From positions 63,232,892 to 63,281,740 of the forward strand of contig NC_068983.1 in NCBI RefSeq assembly GCF_001194135.2: a stretch of 48,849 nucleotides of DNA, given 5' to 3'. Under the pieces are notes generated by a model that worked only from the letters and a program-made list of their open reading frames with translations, ran no database searches and had not been told where the DNA came from. The DNA is from Octopus bimaculoides. Lineage: Eukaryota. Every line of letters begins with the position of its first letter. Positions within the stretch are counted from its first letter, which is position 1. The translations under genes and the position numbers were made by a program. Of this stretch, positions 1-12,073 are shown piece after piece.

Positions 1-43
<43 letters not shown>

Positions 44-176
44 ATAGATTTAATATATACCGATTTGATATATACTGTCCACATATATTGTGTAAAATAT
101 TGTCTCCCGGTATTGGTACCGATACTGTTACAGCACTTTATATGAACGTCACTTGATATTAATATCTACACATTTA

Positions 177-570
177 GAAAGGCGGCGGGACAGCAGATCA
201 GTTAGAGCGCCGGAGAATGCTTTCTAGTACTTCTTTCGGTTCTTTATGATCCTTCTTTCGGGATCGATAAAGTATAGTATCAGCCAACTACTTGAGTTGA
301 TGTTATCCCTCTTTTCAAATTGCTGACCTAGTGTTAAAATCAGGAATCATTTTCAATGGCAGGCAGAATCATGACAGCGTCGGAAAATTGCTTTCGAGAA
401 TTTCTTTCGGCTCTTTACTATATGGATTCAACTCACACCGAAGTTAACTTTGCTTTTCACTCTTCTTTCAGGGATCGATAGCACAAATACAGTACTAGTC
501 AACTATTGAAAGTCGACGCTATCGATTTGTCTACTCTAAAAAATTGCGGGCCTTGTGTCTCAATCAGAAA
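177..570 (+). mobile_element. Two adjacent, heavily degraded tRNA-derived SINE copies (same family as 18146, 26081, 39178)
   Basis: Both carry remnants of the family body (aaggcggc...gcaga..., ctttc(g/a)gggatcgata, agtat/cagcc/gtcaacta, aaattgc..gcct(t/a)gtgt) seen more clearly at 18146 and 26081. Confidence 0.5.
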
Positions 571-1689
571 CCGATATATACATATTACTACATACTGTCT
601 GTATATATTCAGCTTTATATATATAAACATATATATTATCTACATATTTCGTGCGAAATATAATTAGCACTCGATATTGTTACCGGAATTGGTACAGCAA
701 TACATGATCTGATATCAATATATACGAATTTAAACGTGAAAAGAATACATAATGTGCTATTTTCTGTGCTATTTGAATGTTTTAAGATACGATTTTCAAA
801 CGAGAAATGTTAATGATTTTTTTTTTTTAATCTCAGCAGCCCTTGCCCAATTTTCATGATCCAACCTCGTTTGAGGAGCACGACACAATTGTTTGACATG
901 TTTATTCGCATACTATGAAGCTTGTCAAAGAAAGACGCTTTTGAAAAATGACGCAAACTAGAACCACAGCCGATACTAGTATATTCAGCGTCTTTGGTCA
1001 GCCCTACTACGTGGGTCTCTCACTCCCAGTCCTACAATGTATCCCTTCTCCTAGCCATGCAATTCGCGCTCCTTACAATGTGAGTCGTCTTTTCCTAGCT
1101 CAATATGGTGCACCTTCTTTAAAAAATTTTTTTCAGCAAATTCTTCCAGTCACCAACCTCTTAATACAAACAGTTGAAAAACTATAATTACATTGCGCCT
1201 AAAAAATCTTTAGTATTATCATTATGCACATCCTCAAGTAAATCTGTAACGCGGAAAAAATTTGAAATGTTTCATGTTGAATCATGTGACAGATCAAAGT
1301 ACCACCTAATCATCTCGTTTTCCCCAATCCAATCAGCTCTGTCATAATAACTAGGACAACAGTATGTTGTATCAAGCAAGAATCAAAATCCCACGCCTAA
1401 GAGTTAACTTCTGCCATGTAGGAGGAATCAAGCGCCGATCTTCATTGAAAACACGCTATACTCCATGGCTGGTAAGTATCTTGAACAGTGTAAATCTGTA
1501 TACGTATATGTGAGTGCACGTGTGTATATATACGTATGTATGTATATTCTTTTATTCTTCTACCAGTTTCAGTTGTTGGACTGCGGCCATGCTTGGGCAC
1601 CACCTTTAAGTCTTTTTTTTTTTGGTGTATCTTTTTCACTTTTGTCGAATGTTTATATCAGCAAGTTGATCAACAATAAAGTTTGCAGC

Positions 1690-2605
1690 AGCTGATCTTT
1701 ACTGAATCTAACCTTATGTAGTTGGCTTCTGGTATTTTAGTTCGGAGTTTGTCCAACTTTTCTTTCATTGCTATTGTAGACAGCCTTTTTATATTTCTGA
1801 TTTCTTTAAGTAGGCTGTTGAACACTTGAGGGCCTCTGTATATGAAACTGTTTCATTAAAGTGTTCTTGTACTCAACTGAAAACGTGCTAAAAATGGAAG
1901 CCGACAGCATCTGTCAGTTTGCTGGCATTAAACTTTTCACAAATGTCTAAATCGAGGACATGGCTCTCCAAAATTTTCCATATATAAATAACAATGGATC
2001 TTTCTGTGTAGTCCAAGAGAAAAGAGACGTAGAGCTTTTAGACGTTCGTACAGTAATTAAGGCCTTTCGCGAAAGATATTTTATAAGTGGACGCTCTCTG
2101 TAATCCCAGAATTTCTTGTATAATACCGGGAGTATTAAGGAACCAAAACTATGAACAGTAACCTAATCTACTAAACACTTTCAATAATGTCAACATAATC
2201 ATAAGTTAAGGTCTTTTATGACGAAGGTAAGTAGGATCCATTCATTAAGATGTCGGTATTCAGAGATCAGTTCGGTAATGTGTCTGACAAAAATGCATCG
2301 TTTGACGTAATTATTCCTAAGACCTATATTGGATCAGAACTTTGAATCGTTTTATTGTGGTGTCAAAAATTTTCTACTTTACCTATTATCTCTGAAATTT
2401 TGATGCAATAAATTTCAAATTATTTTCATTTGCCCATCAATGGATCATATGTAGTTTTATTATGAAGTGTGTCAGCTTCCTCTGCAGTATTGATTGTCAC
2501 TGATACTTTTGTATCATCAGCATATCTCATTCGATTGGGTGAGAGTACTGTGGGTTAAAACCTGTCAGCGTGATAATGAATAACAGTGGCCCTAGGACTA
2601 TATAT
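1690..2605 (-). mobile_element. CR1/L2-clade LINE ORF2 fragment (RT core and C-terminus), decayed
   Basis: Manual minus-strand translation gives VLGPLLFII (~2572-2600), YADDTK (YADD ~2513-2524), LNYCERLKALRLFSL...YIWKILE and NSFIYRGPQVFNSLLKEIRN...KEKLDK, interrupted by stops and frameshifts. Confidence 0.7.
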
Positions 2606-3284
2606 ATGAATTCATTAAAAAGCAGTCCCAATCATTGCTATAGTCCATAACGAGCCTCTTTTAGGTCACTTAACAATTTAACATCCTACTACTATCATAC
2701 CACCTACATTCCTTTTTTTATTCTCCCTTCTCTTTCTCCTTCTTCTTCTTCGTCTTCTTCCTCTCCGCCATCTCCTTCCTAACTTTACCACTATTGCTGT
2801 TTAGAATAACACTTACGCAAATTTTATTAACAAAACATTCAAAAGAGATGTCCTAAAAATTCAGTCACTACTACCATCCACAACCAGGGCACTTTCAGGG
2901 CACTTGACCATCTAACATCCTACTACTATCATTCTCCTCCTCCTCCTCCTCNNNNNNNNNNNNNNNNNNNNNNNNNNNNNNNNNNNNNNNNNNNNNNNNN
3001 NNNNNNNNNNNNNNNNNNNNNNNNNNNNNNNNNNNNNNNNNNNNNNNNNNNNNNNNNNNNNNNNNNNNNNNNNNNNNNNNNNNNNNNNNNNNNNNNNNNN
3101 NNNNNNNNNNNNNNNNNNNNNNNNNNNNNNNNNNNNNNNNNNNNNNNNNNNNNNNNNNNNNNNNNNNNNNNNNNNNNNNNNNNNNNNNNNNNNNNNNNNN
3201 NNNNNNNNNNNNNNNNNNNNNNNNNNNNNNNNNNNNNNNNNNNNNNNNNNNNNNNNNNNNNNNNNNNNNNNNNNNNNNNNNNNN

Positions 3285-3335
<51 letters not shown>

Positions 3336-3503
3336 CATAAATATGCACACATAAGCACATATATACATATGCATATATGTTCATACATATGTACACATAT
3401 ACATATATATAAAAATATGTGTATGGAAATATGTGTGTGTGAGTGTGTATGTGTGTGTGTGTGTGTGTGTGCATATGTCTGTGTGTGTATGTGTGCGTGT
3501 GTG

Positions 3504-3551
<48 letters not shown>

Positions 3552-3720
3552 CAGAGATAGATAGATAGATAGATAGATACACTCATACAAACATATTTAC
3601 ACATACATATATAATATACATACACACCACCGAGCATGCATTCATGTATGTTTGTATGTATGTATGTATGTATGTATGTATGAGTGTCTGTTTCTACATA
3701 GTCAATCATAATTTACTCAC
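3285..3720. repeat. Compound microsatellite (TA)n/(TG)n/(GATA)n/(TATG)n next to an N-gap
   Basis: Read directly; explains the YIYI/HTHT ORFs at 2895-3709. Confidence 0.95.
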
Positions 3721-4689
3721 ATATACATGAAACACACATACACCCGACAAAGAAGGAAACATTGTCACTTTATTCCTTTGTAAATTACATCCTGACTAAT
3801 TCCATTAATATAGTAAGCTGTGTTTGCCATTTCTTCAATGGTCTGTATGTTCATACATATGTATCCAACAGTTTTCTTCAATGTTTACACAGTAAATATA
3901 CAATAACTCATACATACTGGGACCTAGGGTGCTGTTGTGGATATAGGACACATACACCTCACACACGCACACACGTACAGAATACTAGACGACTAAACAA
4001 CATACAGCCCCACCACAAAGTCACACCCACACATCGCGTAACTTACTGTCACACACCACAGGACACGTAACAAAAAAAATTCTTCGGTAAACATTCTATA
4101 CATCACTAAATACAATTGCTTGCCGCTGCTAAAACTAGTGGTGGTGGTAATGGTGGTGGTGGTGGTGGTGGTGGTGGTTATGGTGGTGTGCTGTTGCTGG
4201 TGATGACGATGATGATGAAGACAATGACGACTATGCTGTTATTGCTTTGAAAATGACGTTAATGTGTATTCAGTAAAATGATTTTTCTTCTCTGATTTTT
4301 TATTCTCCGTTTCGCTTCACTGGAGTTAATTAATTGACCATTCAGTTGCAAAATAATCATTTGGAGACCCAGAAGACAGTGGGGGAGAGTAAGGTAGCGA
4401 TGAAAGATTAAGAGTTTGGAAGTATCGGGTGTAAAATGCAGATATTTATTAGACGTGGCAGTTCATATAAATGAGTGTGTGTATGTATTTATGTGTATAT
4501 TATGTATAGAATATATACGTGTGTGTATGCATTTATGTATTACACTATATATCTATCTGTAAGTGTGTATGTGTGCACGCGCGTGTATTCGATAGATATT
4601 TGATAAGCTTGATTGCTCTACATGACTTAAAGTTTCGTAGGCGCTAAGAGCCATCTATTTTATCAAATCATTCAGATGTGCCCACGAAA

Positions 4690-5150
4690 TTTTAAGCAAT
4701 GTGGAGTCGAGTCAACTGGGAATTCCAACCACGTTTCGGGGTTCGCTACCATAGCTCTTTTATAGGATCCAGTGACTAAAGACAACATCTGGTTTCGGCC
4801 CCTACTCCTCTGCCGTTTTTGACGTGGCGCCCTCCCCACTTTCGAAGGTGTCTTCAGCTCTGGTGTTGAGTGCGTTTCTTATTTCTCCTTTTTCTTTTGT
4901 TCTTCGTTTTCTTCGATGCAGCGTTAACGATTATCAGCGGACGAATGACCATCCTGTCAAATTTCCCTTTAAATACTCGCCGGTAGGCTCCAGCAGCCAG
5001 CCCCAGCTAACTGTCACGTGACACCGTCTAAGCTTCAACTGACCAATGGAGCGGAAGGGCGCGTAGTTTTAGCCCGTGCCCTCTCTAAACCGGCCTGCCA
5101 ACAGTGTCGTGTTAGTTTCAGTTCCAGCAGCTAGAGCCGACCTGCTGTTT
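4690..5150 (-). mobile_element. Possible Penelope-like pseudo-LTR remnant (promoter-like motifs plus degenerate hammerhead-like cores)
   Basis: GC-richer island with CCAAT, CACGTG and a minus-strand TATTTAAA, followed on the minus strand by CTGAAGA-caccttc-GAAA, cagagga..ccGAAAC and ccccGAAACGT. None folds into a complete ribozyme. Confidence 0.3.
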
Positions 5151-5410
5151 GGTGGTACAAGCCTTCGAACCAGGAGGAGGCCGCGCTATGAACGAGATCG
5201 CTAAATACATGCATGTAAATCCAACCAAATGTCTTGAGTCTTACGTTCTTTCGTTAGTTAAATATAATATATTGTTTGTTAAATACAAATATATTTCGTT
5301 TCTGAAATATAATGATGACAGAAAGAAAAATGCACATGCAAAGATATGTTGGCAATGCATATTTAAAATAAATGCACATCGCAGGAGTGGCTGTGTGGTA
5401 AGTAGCTTGC

Positions 5411-7687
5411 ATACCTTGACTTCCGGTTTTGCGCGTTGGCTATTTCCTGTAAGCTGAGGATCAGCGTGGACTGGTGTTTTTTAACTCCCTCCAAAATGGA
5501 ACTTTGAAATCAACCGAGTTCATGAAAAAATTAGTAAGGCAGCTAAAAGGTAGGAGAAATTTGTTTTGGGGGTACAGTGGGGCTACGTTATTTCATTGTT
5601 AATTTTTACAAATAGGGTATCTTCACTGGCCTCGAGGCATTTTTTTCTCCTTCGGTTGCTTTTGTTTTAGTAAAGAATTATCGGTGGGCGTTACCTCGCC
5701 GCAAGAATTCTTTCTATCTTTTGATTTTTCTGAAGATTTTTTGTATTTGGAAGACTTATTGTAAACGGTTATTTGTTGCTTGCTGTAAAGTTCGCGGCGA
5801 ACATCTGTTTTTATGCCTAAAGTCATTGGATTACCTGGGATTGCCAGAATTTCGAATAGGCCAAAAGACATTTAAATGGAACAACGCGGCAAATTTAGCG
5901 GTGTTGTAAATTCAATTTTTGAAAAAAGGAAAAATTTGAAAACTACGACAACTGGATTATATACTACGAGCACCACCGATTGTGAACCATTATTGGATTA
6001 CCTATATTGGAGTACACAGGACTGGTCAGGAGTTCAAAATACGCCAGAGGACAGACATTTAACTGTGAACTTTGTTTTTTCTTTTTTTCTTTTTTTTGTT
6101 TGTTTATTATTTTTTGCAGTTAAAATATGAACAATAGAAAAAACAATACTGCTTTGGTGTGGGAAATTAACCCACCCAAAGAATGGGTGACAGATTTGGA
6201 AAGGAGGACGGTGGTTCTAAGGACTTATTCAAAGTCCTTGGTTACCATTGTCCCCTTTCCTAAGCTAGAAATAGAAAAGGAGTTGACGGAGTGCATGCCG
6301 ATGATAAAGCACATCGCCAGGGGTTCCAAATATGCAACCATATGGTTGCTGTTTGGAACCCCGGAGATGGCGTGTACGTTCACCAGTCAGCCCCTGGAGG
6401 GGGAAAAAATTTTGTTTCTCCCCTCTTATTGTGGGAGAAAATGTAAGCGGGCGTTTGTCTGCGGGTTGCCACCGGGTTTAAAAGAAAGTTGGTTGGCCGA
6501 AACCATCCAAAGGGGACTTGGTGGCACCAGAGACACCAAATTGTTAAATGTAAAATGTTGCCATCTGCTGACTGGGTTGGGGCTAAGGCCATATTAACGT
6601 TGTGGACCCAGTTAGACGATAGCAGTATGGTCTTTCCAGACTACTTGATCATGGCAGGTTCTAGGTATCCTGTAATCCTTGAAGGACGACTTCCGAAATG
6701 TCACGGATGCCTGGAGCCTGGTCATTTGAAGAAGAATTGTCGCCGAGACACGAAAGTGACCCAGGAGCAGACACCCATTAAAAAAGTAGTCCTACTCTGC
6801 CGGAAAAAAAGCAGGGTAAAGAAAGTGTGCCCGTCGACTCCCCATTGCAGGGGGAGATGGTGAAAATCGTGGAGGCAGAAGCCTCCACGAATAGAAAAAG
6901 AAAGATGAGCAACGTCAGTTGCTCACCACCCAAAGAGCAGTCTGCGGGTGAAGAGATAGGCCCCCTGAGTATCCCGCCAGAGACCCCAACCCTCGCAGAC
7001 GAAAAAAGAGGGAGAAGGAGAAAAAAAAAGAAACGAGAGACGGTCGGCGGAAGTCACTGCGCCACCGACCGAACCCGAGGTGGGAAGTGTGCCCCCGGAG
7101 AGGAAAACTCTGCCATCGAGGATTGTGCCGATGACAGAGTGGCGTAACGTCCCTCCCAGTGAGAATAATGATTATGTTATCATGTACTATGAGGGAGGGG
7201 CGGTGAATGAATTCTTGGACTGCGAATGCGGCCAATATAGGAGCTACTCGGAATGTGCGAGTAGTTCCACATGGACTCCGCAGGTGACTGCGGAGGTTAT
7301 AAATGACAACATAATGTCAAAAGTTATAGAAAAATATAACCACCAAGATTTCTTCTACCTCGCCGCAAATTCAAGCCTAACAATAGATACTTGTTTGGCA
7401 GGGGCAGCATATCTGCTTGCGGAGGGGTGGAATGAGGAGAATTATGATATTTTTAATTAATATATTGAAATTGTGTAAAAATTGTAATTCTAAAAGGAAA
7501 AAAAAAAACAAAACAATGTTTTCGAGGGTCATCAATCGGCGGGCGCTGGTGCCTCTCTCATTATTTGTTTCATCTTTATCACCCTCATCTCATTAATGTC
7601 CATGTCCAGCCCGCAGCTACTTTATGTTTGTCTGTCTTTGTCTGTCCCCTCTATGTAACGCCGTTAATGGCGAAATTTATTGAAATA
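5411..7687 (+). mobile_element. ORF1-only (Gag-like) non-LTR retroelement insertion, L1/Tx1-related, lacking ORF2
   Basis: 11-bp TSD aagtagcttgc at 5400-5410 and 7688-7698; ~715-bp 5' leader; single frameshifted ORF1; ~230-bp 3' UTR ending in a hairpin and AATAAA (7684-7689); no RT or endonuclease sequence seen. Confidence 0.8.
6127..7460 (+). pseudogene. LINE ORF1p/Gag-like nucleic-acid-binding protein, ~444 aa after correcting three frameshifts
   Basis: Track ORFs 6127-6597, 6489-6863, 6827-7147 and 7080-7460 join into one protein. It has RRM-like segments (RRTVVLRTY..; RAFVCGLPPGLKESWL), a CX2CX4HX4C knuckle (CHGCLEPGHLKKNC), a basic low-complexity linker and a ~105-aa C-terminal domain. 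Confidence 0.8.
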
Positions 7688-8344
7688 AAGTAGCTTGCTT
7701 ACCAACTACATGGTTCCGGGTTCAGTCCCACTGCGTGGCACCTTGGGCAAGTGTCTTCTACTATAGCCTCGGGCCGACCAAAGCCTTGTGAGTGGATTTG
7801 GTAGACGGAAATTGAAAGAAGCCCGTCGTATATATGTATATTTATATATGTGTGTGTTTGTATGTTTGTGTGTTTGCGTTTGTCCCCCCAAAATCGCTTG
7901 ACAACTGATGTTGGTGTGTTTACGTCCCCGTAACTTAGCAGTTCGGCAAAAGAGACCGATAGAATAAGTACTAGGCTTACAAAGAATAAGTCCTGGGGTC
8001 GATTTGCTCGACAAAAGGTGTTGCTCCAGCATGGCCGCAGTCAATCTGATGATAAGCACCTGTTTGTATTCTCCCAGATGACAAGATACCTAATGTAACA
8101 TTTAGTCATTTTATAAGACAAGCACCAAGTATCGCAACTCTGAAATGAACAATTCTATCTTACAGTGAAATGACTACCCCATCTAACGTAGTAATTAATC
8201 TACACTGCCGCAAGAACCAGATCTAAATGTATCTATCTACAGTACACTATCATCGTTATTGTTATTATTATTATTATTATTACTACTATATACATACATA
8301 CTCACGTGTATGTGTGTGTGATGTTTAGACTATACATATGTATG

Positions 8345-8508
<164 letters not shown>

Positions 8509-9390
8509 ACGTACGTACGTGTGGTGTTCACACTATATTGCCTTGATTTTCAACATAGTTGGCAAAACGAATCAAAACTACAATAACGAAAAAGACAAAA
8601 GGAGGAGAATAGATAGTACAGGTGAAAGAAAATACTGAAGAGGCTTAAAATTTTGTCAAAATTTAAATGGAGATACCTTAGAAAATTATAAAATAGCATC
8701 GTGAGTGAAATGAATTCTAGAAAATATTCATAATAAAGGTCATGAATTACATTTCATACCGAAAACTGAAAAACCGAACACAGCACTCTTCAATTAGGAA
8801 GGTGACAAGAAAACATAGATTAGAATATGTAGTAGGACAAAAAGGTTTTATAGATATAGATAGATAGATACATACATACATACATACATGCATACATGCA
8901 TACATACATGCATGCATGCATACATACAATGGAATAAAAACGCAATAGAAGACAATAAAACATTCGGACAGATAGGCGATACAAAGGCGGACAGGTAAAA
9001 CAGCAATTAGAAGGACAGGGAAAAAAAGGACGTGTCATTCGTGGCTTTCTTTCTTCAGTCAAGTTACCAGATGTCCGTACAGTTTCGAGCAGTTGCACTT
9101 GAGACTATTCGATCTGGTTGCACTTAAAAAAGTCGAAGCTAAGAGCATTAGATTTTTTTTGTAAGAAAGCTAGCGATTGTATACAGCAACAAAGACAAAA
9201 AACGGAGAACGTGATGCATAATTACGAATACAAACAACAAGAACATAGCAACAGGTGTCTTTCGACTGAGGACGAAACATATTGAGCTGGAATGTATGAA
9301 GTGAAAGCCTAAAAACAGGAACACAGGAGATTGACATAAGGTGTGTTGGCGATCGGTAATTAGGCCAAGAAATATATGAATACATGTATA

Positions 9391-9615
9391 GGCGCAGGCG
9401 TGACTTTGTGGTAAGACATCTGCTTCCAAACCACATAGTTCCGGGTTCAGTTTGATAGCGTAGCAACTAAAGCCAATGTCTTTTTCTTCATCCCCGGACC
9501 GACTGAGGCTTTGTGAGAGGATTTGGTAGACGGAAACTGAAAGCTCATCGTGTAAATGTGTGTGCGCGTGAATGTCTGTCTGTGTGTGTGAGAGCGTGCG
9601 TGTGTGTGTGTGAGT
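9391..9615 (+). mobile_element. Degraded tRNA-derived SINE (same family as 5380/7688)
   Basis: ggcgcaggcgtgactttgtggtaag...ttccgggttcag...ggatttggtagacggaaactgaaag, ending in (TG)n. Confidence 0.85.
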
Positions 9616-9815
9616 TAGATGTGAAGAAAATAACGACGGAAGCGTCAAAAGGCATCACTTCGCAAGAGTTTCAGCACTGCTTCCAATAGTGGAAAACGTG
9701 CCCGGACTAATGCATTGCTTAAAAATACTTTGAAGGCAATAAAAGTGAATAAAATAATATTGCGAAATTCCTGCTTCTTTTAGGTAAACCCTCGTTTATA
9801 TATATATATATGCGC

Positions 9816-9848
<33 letters not shown>

Positions 9849-10379
9849 AATAAATATATGCATATATATATATATATATACACTTAATACATATATCAGT
9901 GAGTGAGTGAATAGGTGAGTGAGTGAGTGAGTGAATGGGTGAGTGAGTGAGTGTGTGTGTGTGAGTGTGTGTGTGTTTGTGCGATTGTGTGTGTATGTGT
10001 ATGCATATAATTTCAAAGGAGGGGAGCAAAATTACAGATATTCTTTATAAAATGCCTTGTAACAGAATCCGTATTGCTTCAATACTGATACTGGCGTAGA
10101 CGGTATTAGCGGCGATATATAGCATATACTTGTACTGATTGTATTAGTGCTTGTGTTGATGATGATGTTGGTCTTAATATTGATACATATACAATGTATA
10201 AGTGGTGTCAATAGTTATGGTATTGGCAGAGCGTTATTGAATATCTATAGTGTAGGCAGCAAATGGTTTTGAAATAATGAAGTAATTTCCGGCGTAGCGA
10301 ACATAGGTGTCTGAAATTTGATGAAATATATGTTAATATTTTCTTCCATTGTCGAATGGACGCGTCATTAGACGAATGA

Positions 10380-10931
10380 TGGTTACAGTGGGTTGGTTTT
10401 TATTATTTGTATCGCTGTCGTTTCTGGTAAATATAATGCTGCTGACGATGGCAGCTTTGTTGGTAGTGGTGGTGTTGGTAATGGTGGTGATGGTATTGGT
10501 GGTAGTAGCGTTGGTGGTATTGACGGTAATGGAAGTGAGTAGATGAAATGGTGGTGGATGTAGTCAGATTGTGATGGTAATGAAATAGGGAGTTATTGTT
10601 TGATGTAATTAAGGACGTGATGTTCAAAATGTTCGTTAATTGCGATCGTGATGGTGACGGTGATGTTGTTATAGCTATCATGTTCTGGTGATCATATTAT
10701 CTATTGGGGTTGTATGTGTCATAGCCGTCATGTGGGCTTTGGTGGTACGGCTGAGGCTGGCGGTGTTATAGATAGTTGGTGCGATAATTGAGGTAATGCA
10801 GTTGATGATGGTAATAATGGTAGTTGTGGTGGTGGCGGCGGCAGCGACGGGCGTGGTGGTGGTGGTGGGGTGACGATGCTGTCACCGATACTGACAAAAA
10901 TGCGATAGCACTGGTGGTCGAGATAATACAG

Positions 10932-10975
<44 letters not shown>

Positions 10976-11060
10976 GGCGGTGATGATGATGATGATGATG
11001 AGGAGGAGGAGGAGGAGGAGATTCATAGTGATAGTGAGAACAAAGTGACAGTGATGGTGA
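10380..11060. repeat. Cryptic and perfect trinucleotide repeats (GGT, GAT, ATT, GGA)
   Basis: Read directly; source of the poly-V/H/N/I/P ORFs at 10349-11077. Confidence 0.9.
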
Positions 11061-12073
11061 TATGTACAAAGGAGCAATAACTGCTCATACCATTAAAATA
11101 CCAGTCTGCCATTTGCGAAGACCATGAGCGGGGCACAATGGTACGTCTGTGGTCTATGGCGATGAGCATAGTGAGCAATAACTATGTAACACATTACAAA
11201 TGACTATTTCTTGATTGGACAAGTAAAACACATAAAATACAGCCGATGTCATCTTCGCCTGTCACCTTTCTAATAAATAATCAGTCTTGTACTCGGGTCA
11301 ATTCATTTTCTGTCACCTTATGTTTCTGTCCATTCTTCTCTATCCTGGAAGTAATCAGCTGTGGCATCTTATTCTTGACTACACCAAATATAAGATCTCA
11401 CTACGACACAGCAAGTATAATATGTGACAACGACGCCCCTACTATTACATGAAGGAATTGAGTGACCAAGGTAAGGCATGACAAAATTATAACATCTTTA
11501 GAGAGACACGCAAGTACTAGTTTGGAATTTCTAAATACTTAAATTGTTGTTTCAAATACCATTGACGCACTTAGATACAACTCGCAGTGCATTAGCTTAC
11601 CATAGTTGAACCGCTACAATTTAGTATGATCTAGATTTTGAAACTATTTTCAGCAGATCGAGTAACTGCGTAGAGGTTCTTTCACTGGGTTTTATGAAAT
11701 TTTGTAAAAAAAAAATTAATTAAAAAAAAGAAGAAAATAATATTTAGGAGACTTCATGGGAAAACGAGTAATGCAAATTTAAGCTGGTGATGTCACCGTT
11801 TTAAAGAATGCGTTAAGTTTATAATTCAGACCATTGGATTGGCTGAATTGAGAGAACATTAGACAAGATATCTTGATATACACTGAACTGCAAAAGAAAC
11901 GCGAGACGTATGTGACTGTGAAATAGGTTTCAATTTCATTATGTCAGAAATACATTTAGATAAATCTGATAAAGTGAATACTTGGATGAACTTTGACCAC
12001 AGTTTATGGGTCGTTGTCATGTGTTCTGGTAGTGGGCAGATCCAGCACATCGAGATTGAAGGGCATGACATGT

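Larger units (their letters stand above)
5380..8045 (+). mobile_element. tRNA-derived SINE split by a 2.28 kb insertion (head 5380-5410, remainder 7688-8045)
   Basis: cgcaggagtggctgtgtggtaagtagcttgc (to 5410) joins seamlessly to ttaccaactacatggttccgggttcagtccc (from 7699). The rejoined sequence matches the unsplit copies at 9391 and 29309-29686. Confidence 0.9.

Noticed and set aside
2895-3709. Long ORFs here and at 18995-20149 (minus), 30642-31307, 32495-33856 and 45433-45999
   Set aside because: They are open only because of N-gaps and dinucleotide repeats; not genes.
5400-5410. Sequence-specific targeting of SINE/tRNA heads by the ORF1-only element (some Tx1 families are target-specific)
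   Set aside because: Only one insertion, and the related Tx1 fragment at 12794-13444 has an unrelated target; needs more copies.
11075-11450. Minus-strand donor-like sites and a short frame (LLLTMLIAIDHRRTIVPRSWSS)
   Set aside because: Too short, flanking frames have stops, and no family could be assigned.
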